DNA of 64,000 nt from a virus (Duplodnaviria > Caudoviricetes), in IMG/VR virus record IMGVR_UViG_2888055400_000002, positions 18,064 through 82,063 of that record; one strand, 5' to 3'. Under the pieces are notes generated by a model. It saw only the letters and a list, made by a program, of their open reading frames with translations. It was not told the DNA's origin and ran no database searches. Of the stretch, positions 52,701 through 60,686 are shown piece by piece (the first letter of the stretch is position 1; each line of letters opens with the position of its first letter). The position numbers and the translations under genes were made by a program.

Positions 52701-54755
52701 GAATCAACCTATCATGGTCTTATGAAAGGAGATTATATCCCCTTCAAACATATTGGATTAACGGATACGTTTCAGATGCTTGAAGAGAAAAACCTTCTGC
52801 AAGAATTATTTAAAGAAAACAGTGAGTATTTAGAACATCAGAAAAAGCTGAATATCGAAGTTATCTTTGGTAACCCTCCTTATTCGGTAGGACAAAAAAG
52901 TGAAAACGACAATGCAAAAAATATTTCTTATCCGCTCTTAGATAAACGTATCAGTGAGACTTATACTGCCCAATCAAAAGCAATCAACATGCGCAATCTT
53001 TATGATAGCTATATTCGTGCCATCCGTTGGGCAAGTGACCGTATAAAAGACCGTGGTATTATTGGTTTTGTCACAAATGCGGGTTTTGTAGATACTAAAT
53101 CTATGGATGGCTTACGCAAGTGTTTAGTTGAAGAATTTAGCAGCCTTTATATTTTCCATTTACGGGGTAATCAACGAACCTCTGGAGAGCTTTCTCGAAA
53201 AGAAGGTGGAAAGATTTTTGGTTCCGGATCACGAGCCCCTATTGCTATCTCTATTCTTGTAAAAAATCCAGAATCCAAACAGCGTGGTAAAATATATTTT
53301 CATGATTTTGAAGATTATCTCACAAGAGAAGAAAAGCTTAAGTCAATTAAGGACTTTGGTAGTATTGATGGCATTACACGGAGTAATCGCGGTTGGAAAA
53401 TCATTACACCAGACAAACATGGTGATTGGATTAATCAACGTGATGAAAGTTTTAAAACATTCCTAGCCATAGGTAATAAAAAAGGACACGATAAAAAGCT
53501 CTTTGAGACTTTTTCATGTGGTATTTCAACCAATCGCGATGCTTGGGCATATAACTCAAGCCGTGAATCTTTAGCAAAAAACATGAAGAATATGATTGCT
53601 TTCTATAATAGTGAAGTAGAACGTTTTAATGATGCCTATCTACACTCTGACCGTAGAACATGCGTAAATGCTGTAAACAACTTCATAAATTCGGATGAGA
53701 AGAAGATAAGTTGGAGTCGTGCACTTAAACAAGAATTGGTAAAAGGAAAAGTTTTTGAATTTGAAGATACATGCCTTATTCAAAGCTTGTATCGTCCTTT
53801 TACACAACAGTGGCTCTATTATAATCGTACCTTTAATGAAATGGTTTACCAAATGCCTCGTATCTTCCCGATAGAACAAACAATTGAGAATAGAGTAATA
53901 CAAGTTACAGGGACAGGAGCAATGGCTGGCTTTTCTGTCTTGATGAGTAATGCTTTGCCTAATCTTGATTCAATAGAGAAAAGCCAATGTTTTCCAAGGT
54001 ATTTCTATGAAGATGTTGCGCCTTCAAAAAGTAAAAATGAAAAACAATCCCATTTATTTACAAATTCTACAGAAGAAACCAAAGCTGCTGGTTTACAACG
54101 CCGTGATGCCATCACTGATGAAGGATTAGCACATTTTAAAGCTGCTTATCCGAATGAAACCATAACTAAAGATGATATTTTCTATTATGTTTACGGGATC
54201 TTGCATTCAAAAGATTATCGTGCTCGTTATGCTGATAATCTCTCTAAAGAACTCCCTCGCATCCCTTGCGTAAAGAGTGCTGAAGATTTTTGGATGTTTG
54301 TTACAGCAGGGCGTGAATTAGGCAATTTGCACATCAATTATGAAAGCGTAGAATCTTATCCTGTGACCTTCAAAAAAGGTGACCCTAAACTTACAGATAT
54401 ATCTAATCCTGAGAAATTCTATTATGTTACAGAAATGAAATTTGCTGGGAATAGTAAGGAAAAAGATAAAACCACTGTTTTTTATAACAATAATATCACA
54501 ATAACAGATATCCCTCTTGAAGCTTATGAGTATATCGTAAATGGCAAGCCCGCTCTTGAATGGGTTATGGGGCGTCAATGTGTAAAGACCGATAAAAAGA
54601 GTGGCATTGTTAATGATGCCAATTGCTATGCGGTTGAAACCATTGGCAACCCTGCTTATCCATTGGAATTGTTTCAAAGGGTTATTACGGTAAGTTTAGA
54701 AACAATGAAGATTGTTAAGAACCTACCAAATTTGGAATTAAGAGAAACTGAATAG
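49791..54755 (+). CDS. Type ISP single-polypeptide restriction-modification enzyme (LlaGI/LlaBIII-like)
   Basis: Mrr-like DIGIDLV..AIQCKFY, SF2 helicase (GTGKT, DEAH, MTATP, QAVGRVMR), MTase (LDPFTGTG, GNPPY), C-terminal TRD (LYRPF, YVYGILHS..YR..YA..L.KELPRIP). Confidence 0.92.
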   Translation: MLQSLKSDNKQSSLRALLQSYRQQAKSNALKGKIFESFVTKYLMYDPLHYGRYEKVQTYYEWAKEREGWNKNDIGIDLVAKLRNQDGYVAIQCKFYEADHQISKKDIDSFIAASGKDIFKYRLLVDSTEVDLSDNVNAMIKGQAIPVYRIDLRHMENSRIDWQIFATKKEVVLKSTKEPRPHQEEAIKKVCEGLQEADRGKLIMACGTGKTFTSLKIAEQLAGKGKRVLFLVPSLALVSQTIREWTADAQIPLRSFAVCSDTKVGKRRKSQDDIVGMETSDLVLPATTDAQALAKEACENLADAMTVVFSTYHSIQVISDAQKDHDLPEFDLIICDEAHRTTGTSLGSDDNESEFIKVHDNSIIRGKKRLYMTATPRIFSDTAKRRADEINAVLASMDDETLYGKQLHHYTFSEAVDNELLTPYKIVVLGIDETYITPAIQDIIANENREIDLDDAAKIIGCYRALTKIDKEATVDENDTEPMHSALAFCKDINTSQYITKLFNKIIKSHINDFLQTVPFLNCEVRHIDGKQSVKKRNEELDWLKEDTGKNVCRILSNVRCLSEGIDVPALDAIMFLHPRNSQVDVIQAVGRVMRRAPNKKTGYIILPIIIPSHLEAKKALRNNKRYRVVWQVLHALHSHDERFARTINQMSLGQDSSHTIEIIEIKRANELQELTTTVDEISIQAKAESSGRTIGTAESKSQTWYKEQQDLFRHSNFFDFVKAIFLDSFKITDYWGIWANNVAEIAQNHIVRLQNMLSDETSEAYHAFKSFYLELKSNINSDIKQDEAVEMLAQHLVTRPVFEALFDGNEFVQNNTISQAMDKILIELDKTNIEEELKDLDKFYKSITFCTAGITEPHAKQNLIIKLYESFFTKAFKKTTDRLGIVYTPVEVVDFIIHSVDDILRKEFGKSLGSRGVSILDPFTGTGTFITRLLHSNLIKPEDMEYKFRYDIHANEIVLLAYYIAAINIESTYHGLMKGDYIPFKHIGLTDTFQMLEEKNLLQELFKENSEYLEHQKKLNIEVIFGNPPYSVGQKSENDNAKNISYPLLDKRISETYTAQSKAINMRNLYDSYIRAIRWASDRIKDRGIIGFVTNAGFVDTKSMDGLRKCLVEEFSSLYIFHLRGNQRTSGELSRKEGGKIFGSGSRAPIAISILVKNPESKQRGKIYFHDFEDYLTREEKLKSIKDFGSIDGITRSNRGWKIITPDKHGDWINQRDESFKTFLAIGNKKGHDKKLFETFSCGISTNRDAWAYNSSRESLAKNMKNMIAFYNSEVERFNDAYLHSDRRTCVNAVNNFINSDEKKISWSRALKQELVKGKVFEFEDTCLIQSLYRPFTQQWLYYNRTFNEMVYQMPRIFPIEQTIENRVIQVTGTGAMAGFSVLMSNALPNLDSIEKSQCFPRYFYEDVAPSKSKNEKQSHLFTNSTEETKAAGLQRRDAITDEGLAHFKAAYPNETITKDDIFYYVYGILHSKDYRARYADNLSKELPRIPCVKSAEDFWMFVTAGRELGNLHINYESVESYPVTFKKGDPKLTDISNPEKFYYVTEMKFAGNSKEKDKTTVFYNNNITITDIPLEAYEYIVNGKPALEWVMGRQCVKTDKKSGIVNDANCYAVETIGNPAYPLELFQRVITVSLETMKIVKNLPNLELRETE

Positions 54756-55024
54756 ACTTAAGAAAGCATGCTCACATTTCACATGATGGGTATGCACATC
54801 TTACAAGGGGTATAGAGTTTATATCTATACTCTCTTGTTAAAGATGATTATGTACACTCTTAAAAGGAATGATTTACCATGTAATGCCTTTAAAAGATTA
54901 ACTCGCAATTTAAGATGATGCCATCATATCTTTCAAACGCTCTCTTTAAAGAAAACAGTGAATGTTGATATCACTTTACGCTTTTAATTCCTTCATTTTA
55001 AAAAAAGCAAAAAAACACCCCCTA

Positions 55025-55220
55025 TACCCCCAAAACCCCTACAAAACATATGTTATTGGTTGTATTTATAGGTTGTATTATGGAAATAGGTTGTTTTTTG
55101 AAAAATTGGTAAAAATTAACATATTGAAATATAATGATTTTTATTTTTTATTGAAAAAAATTAAAAGAAAAATGAGACAGGCACCTCCAAAACCCCCAAA
55201 ACCTCCAAAATCCTTAAAAC
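55025..55220 (+). repeat. Iteron-like module (CAAAACC type)
   Basis: CCAAAACCC/CCAAAACCT repeats on both sides of TAACATATTGAAA (55117-55129). Confidence 0.55.
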
Positions 55221-55339
55221 TAATAACGATAATAATCTTGATAGCACCTTTCATAATTACACACTCTCTTTTGAAAGGCTTTAAAGAGCCATATGCCCTC
55301 TCATAAAACATGGGTTTAAACACTCAGTAAAATCATAAG

Positions 55340-55545
55340 AATTGTCTGTTAAATTTACTGACAAAAACAGACAAAATGCGTGTCATTAATTGTCTATATT
55401 ACTCACATGACTTTTATACCTGATGTTTTAAAATTTTAAAAAACACTAACATATTGAAATATAATGTTTTTATTTTTATCTCAATTTTTTTAAATGGAAG
55501 GGGGGGTAAATCAACAGACAAAACTAACAAAAGAGACAAAAGCCC
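55340..55545 (+). repeat. Iteron-like module (GACAAAA type)
   Basis: GACAAAA repeats on both sides of TAACATATTGAAA (55447-55459). Confidence 0.5.
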
Positions 55546-55983
55546 ATAAAAAGGTATTTTGATAAGGATATAAGAATTCAATAGGTATATTTAGATCTAG
55601 CTTATAAAAGATAAAAACCGTATTATCTTTTTTATAAAAATGATGCGGTGGCTCTAAAGAATGAATCAAAAGCGTTGGTTATGAAGATGCGATCTCTATT
55701 AAAGCTGTTTAAATTACAAACCGTCTCATAAATGATAACAAAATTCACAAAAAATATTCACAAGGCATTCAATAAAAATAATCATGCTTTATAAAGTTTA
55801 AAATAGGCATTATGAGAGCGTTTTTAGTTATTATGAAGTTTAAAAGAGAAAATAACGCCATTGCGTAATATAGAGTCAAATAGACGCAATAAAACAGAAA
55901 ATATTGATAGGCATATGATGCATATTTATACACAATATGATAAAAAATAATCATAAAAAAATACAAAAAACAATAAAATATAA

Positions 55984-56011
55984 TTGACAATAAATACGTA
56001 TTTTGGTATAT
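55984..56011 (+). promoter_or_regulatory. sigma70-type promoter
   Basis: TTGAC-N17-GTATAT, matching the alphaproteobacterial CTTGAC-N17-CTATAT pattern; conserved in island A. Confidence 0.65.
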
Positions 56012-56025
56012 AAATAATCAAGTGA

Positions 56026-56046
56026 TTGAAAACACTAAACATCAAG
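56026..56046 (+). promoter_or_regulatory. Upstream antisense target (a1/b1-like)
   Basis: TTGAAAACAC and CATCAAG are complementary to 56188-56197 and 56179-56185. Confidence 0.75.
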
Positions 56047-56123
56047 CGGATAGATTACGAAACGATCTTTCCCATTTATAAAAACTGACTGTCTTTTATG
56101 CTGTTGTTAGTATATTAAGATTC

Positions 56124-56207
56124 TGTCGGGTGTGCTACACCATACAATACCCTTCTAGGGAAAAGTGTAAGCAACGGACTTGATGCCGTGTTTTCAAACA
56201 CCCGGCG
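56124..56207 (+). ncRNA. C4-like antisense RNA, island B allele
   Basis: Cloverleaf: TGTCGGGTGT/ACACCCGGCG, GCTACAC/GTGTAAGC, CCCT-TCT-AGGG, ACGG-ACTTGATG-CCGT, unpaired GTTTTCAA. Confidence 0.75.
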
Positions 56208-56231
56208 CTCTTATTTTTATAAGGGTATCAA

Positions 56232-56255
56232 TTGAAAACATTAAACATCAAGGAG
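56232..56255 (+). promoter_or_regulatory. Downstream antisense target (a2/b2-like) overlapping the RBS
   Basis: TTGAAAACA..CATCAAG with SD AGGAG at 56251-56255 and ATG at 56264. Confidence 0.75.
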
Positions 56256-56263
56256 ACACTAGC

Positions 56264-56992
56264 ATGGTTGCTACTGTTAATAAGAAAACATCATCCAAAA
56301 AATATGAGTTCACATATGATATGCAATGCGTCAATGGTCATTTATTGTACCGTATACGTGCTTTAAAAGACTTTGGTGATGTAAAAAAAGGTGATCTCGG
56401 TGGCTATATCGAAAAGCAAAGCAACCTATCTCATAAAGGGGATTGCTGGGTTTATGATCATGCTCGTGTTTTCCAAAATGCTCGTGTCTTTGGGAATGCA
56501 AAAGTAAAGGGTTATTTTGTTGATGTATATGGCAATGCAAAAATTTATGGAAATGCGATTTTCGAAGGTCGTACAATAAATGATTATTGTGAGGTTTATG
56601 GCAATGCGCATGTTAGCAACGCCGTGGTTATTGAAGGCAATGCAAAAATTTATGATAACGCCTCTGTAACGAATTATGCTCATATTTCTGATGATGCTGT
56701 GATTTGTGATGATGCCCATGTCGGGGGCAATGCAAAAATAAGCGGCGCTGCTCATATTTGTGATCATTCTCAAGTTTGTGATGATGCCGTGGTTTGTGGG
56801 GCTCTTATCTCAGGCAATTCTTATGTACATAGTGCCGCCTCTTTAACTTCTGATGATCATATTTGGGACGAGGCATATCCCGAATTTGGTAGTGAAGATG
56901 ATTACTATCGTCACGAATATTATGATGATTATGGTTATGATGATGATTACGAATATGATTGCAATTCTGAAGATGCCAATCAAGCTGCGTAA
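56264..56992 (+). CDS. Beta-helix/hexapeptide-repeat protein with an acidic Tyr-rich tail
   Basis: Conserved head plus hexapeptides; tail EDDYYRHEYYDDYGYDDDYEYD. Confidence 0.88.
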   Translation: MVATVNKKTSSKKYEFTYDMQCVNGHLLYRIRALKDFGDVKKGDLGGYIEKQSNLSHKGDCWVYDHARVFQNARVFGNAKVKGYFVDVYGNAKIYGNAIFEGRTINDYCEVYGNAHVSNAVVIEGNAKIYDNASVTNYAHISDDAVICDDAHVGGNAKISGAAHICDHSQVCDDAVVCGALISGNSYVHSAASLTSDDHIWDEAYPEFGSEDDYYRHEYYDDYGYDDDYEYDCNSEDANQAA

Positions 56993-57002
56993 ATAACACT
57001 GT

Positions 57003-57021
57003 GGGCGCGGCGGGGGCGCCC
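57003..57021 (+). repeat. GC-rich intergenic hairpin
   Basis: GGGCGC-GGCGGGG-GCGCCC. Confidence 0.8.
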
Positions 57022-57073
57022 CTCTCTAACTTTCATTTAAATTTAATCATTATTTAGATTGGGAATAAAACCT

Positions 57074-57745
57074 ATGTCCACTACAACTGTATCTAAAAAA
57101 TATGAAATCACAAATGAAACGCATGTCGTTGGTAATCGTACCCTTTATCGCATTAAAGCATTAAGAGACTTTTCTGATGTAAAAGCTGGTCAATTGGGTG
57201 GCTTTATTGAGAATGAAAATAATCTCTCTCATGATGGTAACTGCTGGGTTTATGATGATGCGTGGGTTGCTGACAAGGGCTTCGTGTCTGATAATGCGCA
57301 AATTTTCAATTATGCTAGCGTTTTCGATAATGCAACGGTTTGTGGTAATGCAAAGGTTTTTGATTGTGCAAAAATTTATGACAATGCAAAAATTGCTGAT
57401 AACGCTAGGGTTTTTGGAAAAACTTTTGTTTACAATCATGCCTGTGTTTTGAATAATTCTGAAGTCTCTGACAGGGCTGTTATAAAAGGCAATGCAAAAA
57501 TTTATGACAATGCTTTGCTAACTGGCTATGCACAAGCTTATGGGAATGCAAAGATTTTTGGCAATGCACAAATTTGGTTTTTTGCTGTGGTTTGTGGTGA
57601 TGTTTGTATTTATGACAATGCAAAAATTACAGGTGGTACATACATTTGCGATAAAGTGAGTGTTTTTGGTAATTCATATATAGATACAAAAAAATTGAAT
57701 GGTCATATCAAAATTTGTGATCAAACCATAAAAGACGTTGCGTAA
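57074..57745 (+). CDS. Beta-helix/hexapeptide-repeat protein
   Basis: Conserved head plus hexapeptides. Confidence 0.88.
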   Translation: MSTTTVSKKYEITNETHVVGNRTLYRIKALRDFSDVKAGQLGGFIENENNLSHDGNCWVYDDAWVADKGFVSDNAQIFNYASVFDNATVCGNAKVFDCAKIYDNAKIADNARVFGKTFVYNHACVLNNSEVSDRAVIKGNAKIYDNALLTGYAQAYGNAKIFGNAQIWFFAVVCGDVCIYDNAKITGGTYICDKVSVFGNSYIDTKKLNGHIKICDQTIKDVA

Positions 57746-57755
57746 ATAACACCGC

Positions 57756-57772
57756 GGGCGTGGGGGGCGCCC
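57756..57772 (+). repeat. GC-rich intergenic hairpin
   Basis: GGGCGT-GGGGG-GCGCCC. Confidence 0.8.
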
Positions 57773-57828
57773 TCTTTTAAAAGAACATTTCACTAAAATT
57801 TTCTAGATATTTAGATTAGGAGCTCCCT

Positions 57829-58545
57829 ATGACCACTATAACTGCATCTAAAATTGTATCCAAAAAATATGAACTTACAAATGAAACCCGTGTATTGGGT
57901 GATTACACACTTTATCGTATTAAAGCATTAAGAGACTTTGGTGATATCAAGGCGGGGCAATTAGGTGGCTTTATTGAAAAGGAAAGCAATCTCTCTCATG
58001 ATGGCAATTGCTGGGTTTATGATGATGCATGGGTTTATGGACAAGCCCGTGTTTATGAGAATGCAAAAATACGTCATAATGCTCAGGTGTGTGGTCATGT
58101 TTATGGTAATGCGCATGTCTGTGACAAAACCCGCGTTTATCCTCATGCCCATGTTTATGACAATGCTCATATTTCCAATAAAGCATGGGTTTATCATCAG
58201 GCGCGGGTTTATGGTAATGCAAAAATCTCAGGTTCTGCTCGTATTAAAGTAAAGGCAAAAGTTTATGATAATGCCGTTGTTAATGGAGCAGCAAAAATTT
58301 ATGGCTCTGTTTATGGAAATGCTAGCGTGGGAGGGCATACTGAGGTTTATGGTTCTGTTTATGGCAATGCAAAAGTGATTGGTTATCACATTATTAGAGG
58401 TTTGGTGCATGGCAATGCAAGATTAAAAAGAGATGGTTATTTATATACCAAACAAAACCCTTCCTATGCATATGGAATTCCTAGGGATTGTGAAATTTAT
58501 GAAGGCGATAACGTTGTAAAGATTAGTGAAAATAAAGCAACGTAA
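57829..58545 (+). CDS. Beta-helix/hexapeptide-repeat protein
   Basis: Conserved head plus hexapeptides; SD AGGAG. Confidence 0.88.
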   Translation: MTTITASKIVSKKYELTNETRVLGDYTLYRIKALRDFGDIKAGQLGGFIEKESNLSHDGNCWVYDDAWVYGQARVYENAKIRHNAQVCGHVYGNAHVCDKTRVYPHAHVYDNAHISNKAWVYHQARVYGNAKISGSARIKVKAKVYDNAVVNGAAKIYGSVYGNASVGGHTEVYGSVYGNAKVIGYHIIRGLVHGNARLKRDGYLYTKQNPSYAYGIPRDCEIYEGDNVVKISENKAT

Positions 58546-58555
58546 ATAACGGCGC

Positions 58556-58574
58556 GGGCGTGGCGGGGGCGCCT
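58556..58574 (+). repeat. GC-rich intergenic hairpin
   Basis: GGGCGT-GGCGGGG-GCGCCT. Confidence 0.8.
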
Positions 58575-58628
58575 GCTTTCCAAACTCTTTCATTTTAAAC
58601 GTGAATCTTCTTATAAAGGAATGGTGCT

Positions 58629-59126
58629 ATGCAAAAAAAATTTGCACTCACTAATGAAATACGTCTCTTTGCTAATCGTACCCTTTATCGCATTAAAGCT
58701 TTAAGAAACTTTTCTGATGTCAAGGCGGGTCAATTGGGTGGTTTTATCGAAAATGAAAATAACCTCTCTCATGATGGCAACTGCTGGGTTTATGATAATG
58801 CTCTGGTTTTAAACCCTGCTCATATTTCTCAAGATGCCAAGGTTTTTAATAACTCTGTTATCGCTGGTTTTGTTTATGGAAAGGCATGCGTTTTTGGCAA
58901 GGCTATCATTTTTGATCATGCTCATGTCTATGGCAATGCAAGAATTTATGATCATGCCCGTGTGATAAATCATCTCCATGTTTGTGAATATGCCAATCTT
59001 CACGGCATGGTTATGATTTTAGAAAAGACACGTGATGATATTGAAACAAGAGCTTATATTGAAAAATTTTCCCATAATGAATTAAGAATTTTCTGGCTGC
59101 GTAATAAAGCCCTTTTAAACATCTAG
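58629..59126 (+). CDS. Beta-helix/hexapeptide-repeat protein (short)
   Basis: Conserved head plus fewer hexapeptides. Confidence 0.85.
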   Translation: MQKKFALTNEIRLFANRTLYRIKALRNFSDVKAGQLGGFIENENNLSHDGNCWVYDNALVLNPAHISQDAKVFNNSVIAGFVYGKACVFGKAIIFDHAHVYGNARIYDHARVINHLHVCEYANLHGMVMILEKTRDDIETRAYIEKFSHNELRIFWLRNKALLNI

Positions 59127-59144
59127 GGTGCTGCGGGGGCGCCC
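59126..59144 (+). repeat. GC-rich intergenic hairpin
   Basis: GGGTGC-TGCGGGG-GCGCCC. Confidence 0.75.
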
Positions 59145-59202
59145 CTCTCTCTCAAATTTTCCGTTCAAATTTTAACACAATCGAAATTGTGAGGCGTTTG
59201 TT

Positions 59203-59991
59203 ATGTCTAAAAAATACCAATTAACAAATGAAATGAAACAATTGAAAGATAAAATGACACAAAAAATTACCAAGCTTTATCGCATTCGTGCTTTAAGAGA
59301 TTTTGATGATGTCAAGGCTGGTGACCTAGGGGGCTTTATTGAAAAGGAAATCAACCTCTCTCATGATGGCAATTGTTGGGTTTATGATGATGCATGGGTT
59401 TATGGACATGCTCGTGTTTTTGACAATGCAAAAATACGTCATCAGTCTCAAGTGTGTGGTCAAGTCTATGGTAATGCACAAATTTGTGATCAGGCGTTCA
59501 TTTCTCAATATGCACAAATATATGACAATGCATTTGTTTATAACAATGCCTCTGTATCTGGGTATGTTTATGGCAAGGCTCGTGTCTATGGCAATAGTCG
59601 CGTTTCAATTGAAGCCCATGTTTATGGCAATGCGCATCTTTCTCATAATAGTTGTGTTTTTGATTATGCAAGGCTCTATGGCAATGCGAGGGTTTCAGGT
59701 TCTGCCCGTCTTTTTAATTATGCGCATGTTTATGGTCATGCTGTTATTAACAACCGTGCAAAAATCTATGGCAAGGTTTATGGCTATGCAAAAGTGAGTG
59801 GCTGTGCTGAAATTTATGGCTCTGTTTATGAAAAAGCTCAGGTTTCTTACACTGTTAAGGTCTGGGGTCGTGTCCATGGGAGGGCACTTCTCAATAGACA
59901 AAGTAAGGTAAAGGTGGTTCCCCAAAATAAGGAAGTTTACAAAAGTGATATTCTTATGGAGCTTATTGAGAAAATTGAGACAGAAGAATAA
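59203..59991 (+). CDS. Beta-helix/hexapeptide-repeat protein (last gene of array B)
   Basis: Conserved head plus hexapeptides. Confidence 0.88.
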   Translation: MSKKYQLTNEMKQLKDKMTQKITKLYRIRALRDFDDVKAGDLGGFIEKEINLSHDGNCWVYDDAWVYGHARVFDNAKIRHQSQVCGQVYGNAQICDQAFISQYAQIYDNAFVYNNASVSGYVYGKARVYGNSRVSIEAHVYGNAHLSHNSCVFDYARLYGNARVSGSARLFNYAHVYGHAVINNRAKIYGKVYGYAKVSGCAEIYGSVYEKAQVSYTVKVWGRVHGRALLNRQSKVKVVPQNKEVYKSDILMELIEKIETEE

Positions 59992-60054
59992 ACAACAAAC
60001 GCGGGGGTGCTCTTTATGTTTAATACCATCTCAAAAGAAAAAAGTACAAAAAAG

Positions 60055-60086
60055 AAAGCCGTGCCAATTTATATGACGCGGCTTTT
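60055..60086 (+). terminator. Putative terminator closing the beta-helix operon
   Basis: AAAGCCGTG...CGCGGCTTTT. Confidence 0.5.
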
Positions 60087-60636
60087 AAATGGAGATATTA
60101 ACATGATTTAGTAAAAAAGAAGCTAATAGCAAATGCATATATACAGAACGTATCATATTACAAGCTCTCTATTCTCTTTATAAAAACTTATCCAAAATAA
60201 TATAAATGAATGCTTCTGAAAGCGCTCTTTTAGATCATCACATTTGAATGAAAAAACATATTAGCTCTGTGATGATTTCAAACTATCAATAACAATGCCC
60301 TCATATTTGAGGTGACTAAAATTAGCCAATCCAAATTTGGATTAATCCCTTTCAAAAGAAAACATTTCAAATCTTTGCATTTAAACAAGCTCTCATATTC
60401 AATTGCGTTTTAACAATGCGATTTATTATGATAAAAACCTCTTATAAAATTTATGAGATGTTATGAATGATAACTGCTTAGCATTTCATTTGAATGCTCC
60501 CATGCGTTATAATATTGGCATCATGATTTGCTTTTTATGCTCTGTTTATAGATGGCTATTGTTTATAAAAAATGTTCAATTGAATCGTGCATAAAAGTGT
60601 GGATTCTTAAGTGGATTCATATAAAATAAATACATT

Positions 60637-60649
60637 CAACATATTGATT
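60637..60649 (-). promoter_or_regulatory. IHF consensus site near attR
   Basis: CAA-CATA-TTGATT; GTGGATTC direct repeats (arm-type candidates) at about 60598-60618. Confidence 0.55.
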
Positions 60650-60675
60650 TTATTGTGTTTTTCTTCGCAATGCGC

Positions 60676-60686
60676 CGGTAACCACG
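60676..60686 (+). repeat. attR core / target duplication
   Basis: CGGTAACCACG, identical to 44776-44786. Confidence 0.9.

Larger units (their letters stand above)
44776..60686 (+). mobile_element. Satellite-like integrative island B (15,900-bp excisable unit)
   Basis: 11-bp direct repeats; int-alpA-primase-DUF3987-Type ISP-ncRNA-beta-helix array; the two flanks rejoin in frame. Confidence 0.93.

Noticed and set aside
56124-56207. tRNA gene, or a guide/bridge RNA directing the integrase
   Set aside because: No T-loop (TTCRA) or D-loop consensus. The variable loops match the local leader and RBS boxes, not the att core CGGTAACCACG.
56993-60011. CRISPR array or true integron attC sites
   Set aside because: Repeats are separated by whole genes, there are no cas genes, no RYYYAAC/GTTRRRY ends, and the integrase is P4-type rather than IntI
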